Positions 1 to 10,459 of a stretch of 64,000 bases of DNA are shown piece after piece. Each line of letters opens with the position of its first letter. Positions within the stretch are counted from its first letter, which is position 1. The notes below the pieces were generated by a model. That model worked only from the letters and a program-made list of their open reading frames with translations. It had not been told where the DNA came from and searched no databases. This DNA comes from Fervidobacterium sp. (lineage in GTDB: Bacteria; Thermotogota; Thermotogae; Thermotogales; Fervidobacteriaceae): contig JBMFNR010000002.1 in the NCBI GenBank assembly GCA_049970055.1, positions 148,406 through 212,405 of the forward strand, in the 5' to 3' direction. Both the position numbers and the translations under genes were made by a program.

Positions 1-14
1 TATTATCTATAAGG

Positions 15-600
15 GGTGGTAAGGTGGTAAGTTTACACATTTGTAACACAAAAAAACACAATCCATGCGCTCTATAGATCATATTACAACTTACCACATT
101 TTTGTTACAACTTACCACCAGTGGTAAGTTTCTCCGAAAGTTCTTTATTGATGCTCTTTTTGAGATGGTAAGTTTCTATAAACATCATCGATACAGGACA
201 ATTGCAAGATTTTTTACTCAAAAAACGGGTGAAATTTTTCACAGGTGGTAAGTTTGGTAACTTTCTTCATGAGATTTACTATCAATAAACTATATGTTGA
301 TAGCTAACTTTTATAAACACAATATGATGCGTATAAAAACTTACCACTGATAGTAAAAACTTACCACAAACTTATTACAAACTTACCACCACTACTGGTT
401 GATTAATTTATGAGTAATACACGCTACCTATTGTGTAAGGTAAAAGATTTTTATTTTATCATCAATTGTTTTCTTCTCACAAAAAAGTTAGCTTAACTGA
501 AATAATATTTGAAGAGCATTCCGGATAAGAGAAAATTTGGAATGATTTTATATTCATTTTTCTTCTTTTTGGTGTATAATTAATAGGCAAAGTTTAAAGT
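15..600. other. Probable chromosomal replication origin (oriC): cluster of 12-mer DnaA boxes plus AT-rich flank
   Basis: Non-coding. AAACTTACCACC-like boxes at about 23-34(-), 87-98(+), 108-119(+), 120-131(-), 164-175(-), 244-255(-), 337-348(+), 357-368(+), 379-390(+), with degenerate copies at 15-26 and 368-379. One mismatch from the T. maritima box AAACCTACCACC. Confidence 0.8.
571..580 (+). promoter_or_regulatory. Candidate -10 element for the first operon
   Basis: GGTGTATAAT about 35 bp upstream of ORF 615. Confidence 0.45.
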
Positions 601-614
601 ATTACATTTCGTAG

Positions 615-914
615 GTGATACAGGTGAGTAAACATTCAATACGAATCGCCTTCTATGTGATGACACTTGCGAGTGTTATCTTGTTTGTATTAACATTTAG
701 ATACTATCAAAAGGTAAAAACAGAGCCATTAGCGGTTGTCGATGGAATACACGGTACTTTCATTGTGAACGGTCACAGTTATAGTGGTTCTTTAATCATC
801 GAACCTGGTAAGAGTTATCAAATGATTGGACAAGTTAAGATAAAACTTTTCAATGGAATAACAAAGATTGTGAAGTTAACACACTTCGAGGTGGAAGTTG
901 TATGGGCGAAATAA
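615..914 (+). CDS. Small membrane-anchored hypothetical protein
   Basis: 99 aa ORF with N-terminal hydrophobic helix; overlaps next gene start. Confidence 0.65.
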   Translation: MIQVSKHSIRIAFYVMTLASVILFVLTFRYYQKVKTEPLAVVDGIHGTFIVNGHSYSGSLIIEPGKSYQMIGQVKIKLFNGITKIVKLTHFEVEVVWAK

Positions 915-1456
915 GGATTGTTGAACCGGTGAATCTGGTTATTTTCATGTTTTCTGCGCACATCGATTATTGGTTTGATCAAATTAAAGATGAACTTGTT
1001 AAAAACTTTGGGCCGATCGATTACCTCAGTGAGAAACTTGATTTTGAAAAATACACGCTCTATTACAACAAAGAAATGGGATCAGGAATTTGTGGAAGGC
1101 TCATCAGTTTTGAAAGACTTATACATCCATCTTTGCTCTCTGTCATTAAGGTTAAAACCAATGAAATAGAACAAAGGTATGAAGTGGAAGGGAAGCGAAG
1201 ATTTAATTTGGATCCAGGTTACATACACCATATGCAGTTTGTTCTTGCAACAACGAAGATGTGGCCACACAGAATTTATATAGGTCACGGCATCTACGCA
1301 GAACCAACGCTTATGTATATAAACGGTAGATGGAAGGATTACGACTTTACGTATTCGAATTACAAAGAGCAGATATATAAAAATGAATTAACAAAAATTA
1401 GAGAGATTTATCTGGAAAAAAGAAAGAACTTTTTAAAAAATATTTCGCGCAAATAA
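902..1456 (+). CDS. DUF4416-like conserved hypothetical protein
   Basis: YYxKEMG, RRFNLDPGY, LATTK, HRIYIGHGIYAE motifs. Confidence 0.75.
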   Translation: MGEIRIVEPVNLVIFMFSAHIDYWFDQIKDELVKNFGPIDYLSEKLDFEKYTLYYNKEMGSGICGRLISFERLIHPSLLSVIKVKTNEIEQRYEVEGKRRFNLDPGYIHHMQFVLATTKMWPHRIYIGHGIYAEPTLMYINGRWKDYDFTYSNYKEQIYKNELTKIREIYLEKRKNFLKNISRK

Positions 1457-1508
1457 GTACTACTAAGTACTACGAAGTAATATGCACTAGTGCGTAATGG
1501 AATAGAAG

Positions 1509-2807
1509 GTGGTGAAATTTTTGAGGTTGTATGTAGTAGTATTAGGATGTGCGAAAAATGAGGCTGATTTTTCCCTTTTTAAATATCATCTAAAACAACT
1601 TGGTCATGAGGTTGTTGATGATGTTGAAGATGCAGACGGTGTAGTTATAGATACGTGCGGATTTATCGTTGATGCAAAGCAAGAGTCCATAGATACGATT
1701 CTTGAGTTTGTTGATTACAAAAAGCGAAGACCAGATTTCAAAGTATTTGTAAGTGGTTGTTTAGTTCAAAGATACCCTAAGGATTTGCCAACCGAAATTC
1801 CTGAAGTTGATGGATGGTTCGGGGTAATTCCTCCGAAAAACTTGGCTGAAACTATCGATATAACAAAAAAGTACATAACCGATCCTATAGCCGTTTATGA
1901 TTTTGAGGGCAGAGTCGATGGCGATCAACCATATGCTTACGTGAAAATAGCGGATGGATGTGACAGAGCGTGTACTTTTTGTACAATACCTAAGTTCAAG
2001 GGAGGTTTTGTTAGTAGAAAGCTTGAAGATATTGAAAAGGAAGTTAGATATTTGGTTGAGGGTGGAAAAAAGGAAATTGTTCTTGTTGCTCAGGACACTA
2101 CAGGATACGGTATAGACTTATACGGTAAACAGATGTTACCAGAACTTCTCAAAAAAATTAACGATATTGACGGTGAATTTTGGATAAGAGTTATGTACAT
2201 GCATCCTGACCATGTAACAGATGAGATTCTAGAGGGTTTTTCTCACAAGAAAGTTGTTAAATACTTTGATATTCCTGTTCAGCATGGAAGTGATAAGATA
2301 CTTAAGCTAATGGGTAGAACAAAAGGTACAAAGGAACTTGAAGAGTTGTTTGAAAAGATCAGACAAATGTATCCTGAAGCAGTACTAAGAACGTCTATCA
2401 TTGTTGGGTTTCCGGGTGAGACAAAAGAAGATTTTGAACAGTTGATAGAGTTTGTAAGAGCTGTTGAATTTGATAAGCTTGGTGCTTTTATTTACTCTGA
2501 CGAAGAAGACGCGGCATCTTCCAACTTACCTGGTAAAGTCTCCGTGAAAACAGCGCACAAAAGATTGGATACACTCATGGAAACGCAGGCTGAGATTTCA
2601 TTTCTGAGAAACCAAAGGTTAGTCGGAAAAATCATAGAAGTGCTTTTTGAAGAAGAAGTTAACGGCGTGCTTATCGGAAGAAGTTACATGGATGCTCCAG
2701 AGATCGATGGGAATGTCTTTGTAAAAGGTACTGGTATTAACAGATTTGGGAAAGTAAAAGTTACAGAAGCTGATACTTACGATTTGGAGGGAGAACTGAT
2801 TGACTGA
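1509..2807 (+). CDS. rimO: Ribosomal protein S12 methylthiotransferase
   Basis: LGCAKN N-terminus, radical SAM CDRACTFC, DAPEIDG TRAM domain. Confidence 0.93.
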   Translation: MVKFLRLYVVVLGCAKNEADFSLFKYHLKQLGHEVVDDVEDADGVVIDTCGFIVDAKQESIDTILEFVDYKKRRPDFKVFVSGCLVQRYPKDLPTEIPEVDGWFGVIPPKNLAETIDITKKYITDPIAVYDFEGRVDGDQPYAYVKIADGCDRACTFCTIPKFKGGFVSRKLEDIEKEVRYLVEGGKKEIVLVAQDTTGYGIDLYGKQMLPELLKKINDIDGEFWIRVMYMHPDHVTDEILEGFSHKKVVKYFDIPVQHGSDKILKLMGRTKGTKELEELFEKIRQMYPEAVLRTSIIVGFPGETKEDFEQLIEFVRAVEFDKLGAFIYSDEEDAASSNLPGKVSVKTAHKRLDTLMETQAEISFLRNQRLVGKIIEVLFEEEVNGVLIGRSYMDAPEIDGNVFVKGTGINRFGKVKVTEADTYDLEGELID

Positions 2808-3348
2808 GAAAAAGAGTGTTGCTTTCAACATTCCCAATTCTATAAGTTGGCTTAGGATATTTCTTACGGCTGTTATAGTAGTACTCATGTATCTTCAGCA
2901 AAATATTGCGGCTTTTATTGTATTCTTAGTAGCATCCGTAAGTGATTATTTTGATGGGTACCTTGCCAGAAAGTATGGACAGATAACGAAACTCGGTAAG
3001 GTCCTTGATCAAATGAGCGATAAGATATTAATTACTTCAGTGCTCGTGGTTTTCGTCGAATGGAAACTTGTTCCATCATGGCTTGTAGTTATTTTTGTTT
3101 TCAGAGATACACTGGTCAGTATTGTGCGTATTTTGGCATCTGAAAGTGGTAAAGTCATTGCAGCTAACATTTTCGGAAAGCTAAAGACAGTATTTCAGAT
3201 GATTTTGACCATAGGTTTGTATATCCAAGTTCTTGGGGTTGAAAAATTTAAATTTTTAAACAGTTGGTTGATTTACATTGTGGCAATTCTGACAATTATT
3301 TCAGGTGCTATTTATCTGTACCAGAACAAAGACTTTCTGGATCAGTGA
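2800..3348 (+). CDS. pgsA: CDP-diacylglycerol--glycerol-3-phosphate 3-phosphatidyltransferase
   Basis: NIPN..SWLR and DYFDGYLAR..GKVLDQMSDK motifs. Confidence 0.92.
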   Translation: MTEKKSVAFNIPNSISWLRIFLTAVIVVLMYLQQNIAAFIVFLVASVSDYFDGYLARKYGQITKLGKVLDQMSDKILITSVLVVFVEWKLVPSWLVVIFVFRDTLVSIVRILASESGKVIAANIFGKLKTVFQMILTIGLYIQVLGVEKFKFLNSWLIYIVAILTIISGAIYLYQNKDFLDQ

Positions 3349-3378
3349 AGATAGTTTTTCAAGATACACTTTGGAGGG

Positions 3379-3954
3379 ATGTACGTGAGAACATTTATTG
3401 CAATTGATATAAACCAGGAGATTAGAGAGATTGCGCAAGAAGTAATAGAGAAACTTCAATCATCTGGTTTTAAAGCAACGTGGACTAAGCCGGAGAACCT
3501 TCACCTAACGTTGTTTTTCATGGGGGAAATAGACGAAAAATCGGTTGACTCTATATCTAAATCTCTAAACAAACGAATGTATGGATTTCCTTCTTTCAGT
3601 ACCTCTTTGAATGGTTTTGGGTATTTCAAATTTAAGAATTCTCCAAGAGTTTTATTTTTAAAGCTGGAGCCTACAAAATCTCTTCAAAAGATGTACCTTG
3701 AGATGAAGTCGGAATTGAACAAACACAAAGTCAAGTACGATGACCAGGGAAATTTCGTACCACATGTGACACTTGGAAGAGTAAAAGAATATCCCAGCAA
3801 TTGGGAAGAATTGGTTTCACAAATTGAAGTCCCAAAAGTGACTTTGGTTGTTGATGGGTTCACTGTTTACACTTCTACATTGACGCCACAAGGTCCGATA
3901 TACAAGTGGGTTTACAAATCAAAATTTGAAGGAGGTTTGGTTAAGAATGTCTAA
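3379..3954 (+). CDS. thpR: RNA 2',3'-cyclic phosphodiesterase (2H family)
   Basis: Two HxT motifs (HLTL, HVTL); RTFIAI start. Confidence 0.9.
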   Translation: MYVRTFIAIDINQEIREIAQEVIEKLQSSGFKATWTKPENLHLTLFFMGEIDEKSVDSISKSLNKRMYGFPSFSTSLNGFGYFKFKNSPRVLFLKLEPTKSLQKMYLEMKSELNKHKVKYDDQGNFVPHVTLGRVKEYPSNWEELVSQIEVPKVTLVVDGFTVYTSTLTPQGPIYKWVYKSKFEGGLVKNV

Positions 3955-5026
3955 CGAAATGAAAAAGGATGTGCTTAAAAAGGCAATAAGCAAAATTGAA
4001 AAGGCATATGGCAAAGGTTCCATAATGATTTTAGGTGAAGACAACCTTGTTCAATCAATCGATGTCATTCCAAGTGGTTCTTTAGCCATAGATATTGCTT
4101 CAGGCGTTGGTGGTTATCCAAGAGGGAGAATCATTGAAATATATGGGCCAGAATCAAGTGGTAAGACTACTATTGCACTTCATGCTATAGCTTCTGTTCA
4201 AAAGCTTGGAGGGATAGCTGCGTTTGTAGATGCAGAGCATGCGCTTGATTTGAACTATGCTCGTAACTTAGGTATTGATCTTTCTGAACTTTTGGTTTCA
4301 CAACCAGATTACGGTGAACAGGCACTTGATATCGTTGATGAGCTTGTAAGAAGTAATGCTGTTGATTTGATTGTTATTGATTCAGTTGCCGCACTTGTAC
4401 CAAGAGCAGAAATTGAAGGTGCGATGGGAGACGCCCAGATTGGTTTACAAGCAAGACTTATGTCACAGGCTCTAAGAAAACTTGCAGGGAATGTAAATAA
4501 ATCGAAAACCGTTGTTATATTCATTAACCAAACACGTATGAAGATAGGAGTTATGTACGGTAATCCTGAAACAACTACTGGTGGTGTCGCTCTTAAGTTC
4601 TATGCAACGATGAGAATGGAAGTTAGATCTTCTGGAAAAATAGTTGAAGGCAACGAGCACATTGGCAATGAAGTAACAATTAAATTTGTTAAAAATAAAG
4701 TTGCACCTCCATTCAGGACTGCAACTGTCGATATAATTTACGGAAATGGCATCGTAAGGGAAAATGAATTGTTCAATATAGCGGTTGAAGAGGGATTAAT
4801 AGATAGAAGGGGGAGTTGGTTCACTTACGAAGATCTTAGCGGTAAAGAACACTCACTTGGCCAAGGGAAGTCTAATGCAATAACTTATTTGATTGAACAC
4901 AAAGAAATTGCCAACGAAATAGAGCAAAGAATTAGAGAGAAATATCTTCAGAAACCAGTAGAATCACAAGCTGAAAGCAAGGTAGAAAAAGAAGATGAAG
5001 ACGCCCAGAAAGTTTCAAAGAAATGA
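3947..5026 (+). CDS. recA: Recombinase A
   Basis: [20 protein letters not shown]; start moved to ATG 3947 after GGAGG. Confidence 0.98.
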   Translation: MSNEMKKDVLKKAISKIEKAYGKGSIMILGEDNLVQSIDVIPSGSLAIDIASGVGGYPRGRIIEIYGPESSGKTTIALHAIASVQKLGGIAAFVDAEHALDLNYARNLGIDLSELLVSQPDYGEQALDIVDELVRSNAVDLIVIDSVAALVPRAEIEGAMGDAQIGLQARLMSQALRKLAGNVNKSKTVVIFINQTRMKIGVMYGNPETTTGGVALKFYATMRMEVRSSGKIVEGNEHIGNEVTIKFVKNKVAPPFRTATVDIIYGNGIVRENELFNIAVEEGLIDRRGSWFTYEDLSGKEHSLGQGKSNAITYLIEHKEIANEIEQRIREKYLQKPVESQAESKVEKEDEDAQKVSKK

Positions 5027-5438
5027 CTCAAAGAAAAGAGATACAAAAACAAAAGATCCACTGAACATAGCTTTGAGGTTCATAAAATTTAGAGCAAGAT
5101 CTGAATGGGAAGTTGCAAGTAAACTCAGACAATATGGATTTTCTGAGCAAGTAATTAACGATACGATCAATACGCTGAAAGAAAACGGATTTATAAATGA
5201 TGAAAAGTTTGCGTATCTTTACGCATACGATAGTTTAACTGTTCACTACAAAGGACCGTATAGGATAAGGTACGAATTGAGACAGCTTCATGTTGATGAA
5301 TACACAATAGAAGATGCCATTAAGAAAGTTTTAAGTGAAGTTGATATCGATAAAATAATTGAAAAAATTACAAGAGGATTAGACGAACATAAGAAAAGGG
5401 AAAAATTATACAGACAAGGATTTGGAGGTGATTGGTAA
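4995..5438 (+). CDS. recX: RecA regulator RecX
   Basis: Follows rec[27 protein letters not shown]. Confidence 0.85.
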   Translation: MKTPRKFQRNDSKKRDTKTKDPLNIALRFIKFRARSEWEVASKLRQYGFSEQVINDTINTLKENGFINDEKFAYLYAYDSLTVHYKGPYRIRYELRQLHVDEYTIEDAIKKVLSEVDIDKIIEKITRGLDEHKKREKLYRQGFGGDW

Positions 5439-6991
5439 TGGAGCTTTTGATATACATAATTATGGTAATCGTAGGTCTTGCCGCAGGTTGGTTTATTGGA
5501 ACTTCTGTAGGTACAAAAAGGGCACAGCAAGCTATTGAAAAGAAACTCAAAGACGCAAAAGAAGATGCGGAGAGTATTATTAAGAATGCTGAAAAGGAAG
5601 CAAGTGAAATAAGGAAGAAAGCAATCATAGAAGCACGTGAAGAAGTTCATCAAATACGTGAAGAAATTGAGAAAGAAAGAAGAAAGCGTGAGGAAGAAAT
5701 TAAGCAGCTTGAGGAAAGATTACTCAAGCGTGAGGAGATGCTTAGCAAACGCGAGGAACTTCTCGATAAAAGAGAAAGTTACGTTGAGAATTTAAAAGCT
5801 GAACTTGAGTTAAAAGCAAAGGAAATAGATGAGAAATCAAAAGAAATAGAGAAAAAATTCATAGAAATTGCTGGTATTACTCACGAACAGGCAAGGGAAA
5901 TAGTTCTCCAGGAAGCAAGGGAAAGATACGAACACGAAATAGCAAAAGTATTTGTCCAGATTAAAACAAGGTATGAAGATGAGGCAGACAAGTACGCAAA
6001 GAAAATCATAGCTGATGCTATTCAAAGGTATGCACCAGAATATACGGGTGAAGTTACCATCAGTACAGTTGCACTACCAAACGATGATATGAAAGGGCGG
6101 TTAATAGGCAGAGAAGGAAGGAATATAAGAACATTCGAAAAAATAACAGGTGTTGACCTAATAATTGACGATACACCAGAAATGGTCACTCTAAGCTCTT
6201 TTAATCCACTTAGAAGAGAGATAGCTAGGAGAACCATCGAAAGACTTGTTCAAGATGGTAGGATTCACCCGGCGAGAATAGAAGAAATGTACGAAAAAGC
6301 GAAGGCTGAAGTTGAAAGAGAAATTAAAGAAGCCGGTCAAGAAGCTGTGATAACTGTTGGTGTTGGTGGATTACATCCAGAGATTATAAAATTGCTCGGT
6401 AGATTGAAATTCAGAACAAGTTACGGACAGAATGTGCTTTCCCATTCTGTTGAGGTAGCACAAATAGCTGGTCTTCTTGCTGCCGAGCTTGGTTTGAACG
6501 TTGATAAAGCAAAGCGTGGTGGATTGTTGCATGATATAGGTAAAGCAATTGACCACGAAGTTGAGGGGTCACACACCGATATAGGTGCAGAGATACTGAA
6601 AAGGTATGGCGAATCTGACGAGATAATTAATATGGTCATGGCGCACCACGGTCAAGAGGAGCCTCTCACACCGGAGGCAGCCATAGTAGCGGCGGCGGAT
6701 GCCATCTCTGCCGCAAGGCCAGGGGCACGCCGCGAAGATGTGGAAAACTACATCAAACGCCTTATGAAACTTGAAGAAATCGCTAGGAGTTACAAATATG
6801 TTGAAAATGCTTACGCTATTCAGGCTGGTAGAGAAATCAGGGTCATTGTACAACCAGAAAAAACTGATGATGCAACTATTGAGAAGCTTGCTCACGATAT
6901 AGCCACGAGAATAGAAAATGAGTTGCAATATCCAGGAGTTCTCAAGGTAGTAGTTATCAGAGAGAAGCGCTCGGTCTCTTATGCAAAATAA
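5432..6991 (+). CDS. rny: Ribonuclease Y
   Basis: TM anchor, coiled coil, KH domain GRLIGREGRNI, HD domain LLHDIGK. Confidence 0.96.
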   Translation: MVMELLIYIIMVIVGLAAGWFIGTSVGTKRAQQAIEKKLKDAKEDAESIIKNAEKEASEIRKKAIIEAREEVHQIREEIEKERRKREEEIKQLEERLLKREEMLSKREELLDKRESYVENLKAELELKAKEIDEKSKEIEKKFIEIAGITHEQAREIVLQEARERYEHEIAKVFVQIKTRYEDEADKYAKKIIADAIQRYAPEYTGEVTISTVALPNDDMKGRLIGREGRNIRTFEKITGVDLIIDDTPEMVTLSSFNPLRREIARRTIERLVQDGRIHPARIEEMYEKAKAEVEREIKEAGQEAVITVGVGGLHPEIIKLLGRLKFRTSYGQNVLSHSVEVAQIAGLLAAELGLNVDKAKRGGLLHDIGKAIDHEVEGSHTDIGAEILKRYGESDEIINMVMAHHGQEEPLTPEAAIVAAADAISAARPGARREDVENYIKRLMKLEEIARSYKYVENAYAIQAGREIRVIVQPEKTDDATIEKLAHDIATRIENELQYPGVLKVVVIREKRSVSYAK

Positions 6992-7030
6992 TACAAAATA
7001 CTGCAGTATTAAGAAAATTTGGAGGACGTC

Positions 7031-8464
7031 ATGAGTATCCTTACAAGCAGCCTTGCATTTGCGGTAGCTACATTCTTGTCGAGAATTCTAGGACTTGTCA
7101 GGGACGTGTTGATGGCTTCAAAATTTGGCACAACCTGGCAAGCTGATGCTTACTTCGTAGCGATTCTCTTTCCATTCTTCCTTAGAAGAGTCTTTGGTGA
7201 AGGTGCGATGACATCTGCTTTCGTTCCGTTATACTCTGAATCAAGTGAAAAAGATGAGTTTCTTTCGTCAGTACTGACAAGTTTTACTTTAATACTCTTG
7301 GTCGTAGTAACTATTGTAATGGTTTTTCCAGACATCGTTATATATCTTTTCAGTTCCGGGGCTGCACTAGAAACAAAAAGACTAATAAAGCAGCTTACAC
7401 GTATTACAGCTTTTTCTATAATATTTATCTTCTGGTGGGCGGTTGCATATTCTATAGAGAATACGAGAGGTAAATTCTTTTACCCAGCGTTGACACCAAT
7501 TATTCCGAACGTTGTTTTGATAGTATCGATGATGATTCCAGGTCTTGGCATATATGGCCCAACGTGGGGGTTTACAATTGGTGAATTGGCAGCATTCTTA
7601 GCACTTGCTTATCCACTCAGAAGGCACAAACTTAGATTTACATTCAAATATACCAAAGAATTTCTTAAATATTTCTGGCCAAGTTTTCTTGCAATGTCAA
7701 TATCTCAGATTAATAGCATAGTTGATACAAACGTGGTTTCGTATTACAGTCATGGCAGAGGCGGCGGTGTCTCGTACCTCCAGTATGCTTCAAGGTTTTA
7801 CATGTTACCTTATGGGTTATTTGGCGTTGCAGTTGCTACAGTCATACTTTCAACCATAAGTAACGACAGGGAGAGATATACGGTTCATCTAAGAAAAGGG
7901 ATAACATCGACGATGTTCTTTACAGTACCGGCTACAGCAGGGCTAATAGCGCTTGCAAAGCCTACTTTACGCCTCATTTACGAATACGGTCAATTCACAT
8001 CTCATGATACCGAAATGACAGCTTACGTTTTAAGTGCTTACGTTATTGGCTTGCCCTTTTATGGTATATATTCAACTATGGCACGTGCAAGGCATGCGGT
8101 GAAAGATATGAAAACCCCTCTCAAAGCAACAATCATAGTGGTTTCAACTAATGTGATAATGGATCTTTTAGTGGGTCTAAAATACGGACCAATCGGCGTT
8201 GCCTTGGCAACTAGCGTCGCAGGTATAGTAGGTTTTGTCTACTTATTAATAAAGGAAAATAACAAGCAATTATTCGAAAAAGATGATCTTTACATTATAA
8301 TCTCATCTCTAATCATGGGAATTGCGACTTATTATTTTTCACTTATCTCCACAAAACGCTACTGGGCAATAGTATCCACAGCTTTTGGTGCGTTATTTTA
8401 CCTGTCGCTTTCTTTCATTTTCTTCAGGGGAAGGGTTAAGGAGTTCATTAAAAGCAGATTATAA
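7031..8464 (+). CDS. murJ: Lipid II flippase MurJ/MviN
   Basis: SRILGLVRD, RRVFGEGA; multiple TM helices; ATG at 7031 after GGAGG. Confidence 0.92.
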   Translation: MSILTSSLAFAVATFLSRILGLVRDVLMASKFGTTWQADAYFVAILFPFFLRRVFGEGAMTSAFVPLYSESSEKDEFLSSVLTSFTLILLVVVTIVMVFPDIVIYLFSSGAALETKRLIKQLTRITAFSIIFIFWWAVAYSIENTRGKFFYPALTPIIPNVVLIVSMMIPGLGIYGPTWGFTIGELAAFLALAYPLRRHKLRFTFKYTKEFLKYFWPSFLAMSISQINSIVDTNVVSYYSHGRGGGVSYLQYASRFYMLPYGLFGVAVATVILSTISNDRERYTVHLRKGITSTMFFTVPATAGLIALAKPTLRLIYEYGQFTSHDTEMTAYVLSAYVIGLPFYGIYSTMARARHAVKDMKTPLKATIIVVSTNVIMDLLVGLKYGPIGVALATSVAGIVGFVYLLIKENNKQLFEKDDLYIIISSLIMGIATYYFSLISTKRYWAIVSTAFGALFYLSLSFIFFRGRVKEFIKSRL

Positions 8465-8550
8465 AAATATGGAGAGTAATAAATAATTTGCCACATTGCT
8501 AAGTTATCAAATTATCAAGTTGCCAGATTGCCAAAATAAGGGGTGCAAAG

Positions 8551-9264
8551 ATGATAGGAGAAGAGATTGAAGTACTCTACGAAGTAGATAGTACCAATGA
8601 GTTTTTGAAAAAAAATTATACATCTTTTCATGATGGAGCAGTGGTTGTTGCAATAAAACAAACAGCCGGGAAGGGCAGAATGGGGCGGACATGGTATTCA
8701 CCGGAGGGTGGTCTTTGGTATTCTGTTCTCTTTAAGCCGAAGATACATTTAAACTTACAAGTTTACACGAAAGTCTTTTCAATTGCGATTGTTGAGGTTT
8801 TGAAAAAATTGAAAGTAAAAGCATACATAAAGTGGCCGAACGATATTTATTACAACGGGAAAAAACTTTGTGGAATATTACCAGAGGCCATAAGTGTTAA
8901 TAACAGAGTGGTTGCCATTATTGTGGGAATTGGTATAAATGTGAATAACGACATACCAGATGGATTGAAAGATATCGCTGTATCTTTAAAAGATATAGTC
9001 AAAAAGAAAGTAAAAATAACGTACTTGCTTGACGAGATAAATAAAAATGCTTGGAATATTTTGATAAGTTATCGTAATGAGACGGAGAATATAACAAAAC
9101 AGTGGAAAAAGTACCTGGTACCAAGAGAAGGTGACAAGATCAAAATCAACTACGAAGGAGACATCAAAGAAGGCACTATACTTAGGATAACGGATGAAAA
9201 TTTGTACGTTGATATCGGAGGGAAAGTAGTTGCAATTCAAAGTATTCATCAAGTCACTGAGTAA
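8551..9264 (+). CDS. birA: Biotin-protein ligase without N-terminal HTH
   Basis: DSTN, QTAGKGRMGRTW, KWPND, KKLCGIL. Confidence 0.92.
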   Translation: MIGEEIEVLYEVDSTNEFLKKNYTSFHDGAVVVAIKQTAGKGRMGRTWYSPEGGLWYSVLFKPKIHLNLQVYTKVFSIAIVEVLKKLKVKAYIKWPNDIYYNGKKLCGILPEAISVNNRVVAIIVGIGINVNNDIPDGLKDIAVSLKDIVKKKVKITYLLDEINKNAWNILISYRNETENITKQWKKYLVPREGDKIKINYEGDIKEGTILRITDENLYVDIGGKVVAIQSIHQVTE

Positions 9265-10444
9265 AACGAATAAAAAAACTATAGTTGTCCTTTATATATT
9301 TATCTATTCCATTGCGTTATTTTCTCAGGATGTTCATTTTCTTATAAAATCCAAATCACCTCAAGGTAGTTTTGTTGGTGCTTATTTTCAAGATGTTGAT
9401 AATGGAAACGTTCTTGCTCAGTACAACGAACAAGACTTATTTATTCCGGCGTCGCTTACAAAGATATTTTCAACACTTGTTGCTTGGGAAGTACTGGGCC
9501 CGGATTTTCGGTATACGACAACGATTTATGTCCCCAGAGGAAATATCTCCCCAGTTATTAATGATGACGTTGTAATAAAAGGTAATGGAGATCCATCTTT
9601 AAGTGTTGATTTACTAAGAGAAAACTTGAAAAAGTTTGTTCTCGAAGGCGTTAAAGAAATTAGAGGAAATATCGTTGTGGACAATTCATTTTTTTCAAAC
9701 GAACGTTGGGGAATTGGTTGGGAATGGGATTACAAAAATCCTAGTGTTGATGCACTTGTACTTAAAGAAAATACTAATTCATTTAATCCATACGATGAAA
9801 ATGCTGTTGCTCGCAATTTTGGTGAAAACGTCATAAAAATCTTAAGAGAGTACGGAATAAAAGTCCAAGGAAAAGCAACTGTGGGGAAGTTTCGTAAAGA
9901 CTACCGGGAGTTTATAGTAATCAAGTCAGTACCACTTGTAAAACTTATAAGTGTCGCAAATAAATTCAGCAGTAATTCATATGCTGAACAAATCCTAAGA
10001 ACTGTAGGGCTTAGAGTTTACAATTATGGAAGCATATATAATTCACTGAAAGTAATGAACGATTTTTATCGCAGGCTTTTCGGTGAGTATTATCCGTTCA
10101 GACTGAATGATGCATGCGGGCTTTCGACCTACAATTTGGTAACACCATATATGGTTGTTAATACATTGATTTATGCCTATAAAAACCACGGTGGGTTAAA
10201 CGGATTTATCTCAACACTTGCCCTTTCGGGGAAGGAAGGTACGATGGAAAAAAGATTGGGTGACATCACAGTGTACGCAAAAACCGGTACTTTGCAAAAA
10301 GTATCAAATATAGCTGGTATTATGATTACGAAAACGGGAAGAAAGGTTGCTTTCTGTATAATGGTTAACAACTTCTTAACACCAACCTATGTGGTGATGA
10401 ATTATCACGATGAGATAATAAGGTATATTTGGAATAATTACTAA
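9230..10444 (+). CDS. dacB: D-Ala-D-Ala carboxypeptidase/endopeptidase (PBP4, peptidase S13); start uncertain
   Basis: PASLTK (SxxK), SSN (SxN), AKTGTL. Confidence 0.88.
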   Translation: MQFKVFIKSLSKTNKKTIVVLYIFIYSIALFSQDVHFLIKSKSPQGSFVGAYFQDVDNGNVLAQYNEQDLFIPASLTKIFSTLVAWEVLGPDFRYTTTIYVPRGNISPVINDDVVIKGNGDPSLSVDLLRENLKKFVLEGVKEIRGNIVVDNSFFSNERWGIGWEWDYKNPSVDALVLKENTNSFNPYDENAVARNFGENVIKILREYGIKVQGKATVGKFRKDYREFIVIKSVPLVKLISVANKFSSNSYAEQILRTVGLRVYNYGSIYNSLKVMNDFYRRLFGEYYPFRLNDACGLSTYNLVTPYMVVNTLIYAYKNHGGLNGFISTLALSGKEGTMEKRLGDITVYAKTGTLQKVSNIAGIMITKTGRKVAFCIMVNNFLTPTYVVMNYHDEIIRYIWNNY

Positions 10445-10459
10445 GAATTAAAGCATGAA

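Noticed and set aside
15..400. Repeat cluster as a CRISPR array
   Set aside because: Repeats are only 12 bp, occur in both orientations and are irregularly spaced; no cas genes nearby
1455..1480. Short tandem repeat AAGTACTAC x2-3 before rimO
   Set aside because: Short and imperfect; likely slippage with no functional evidence
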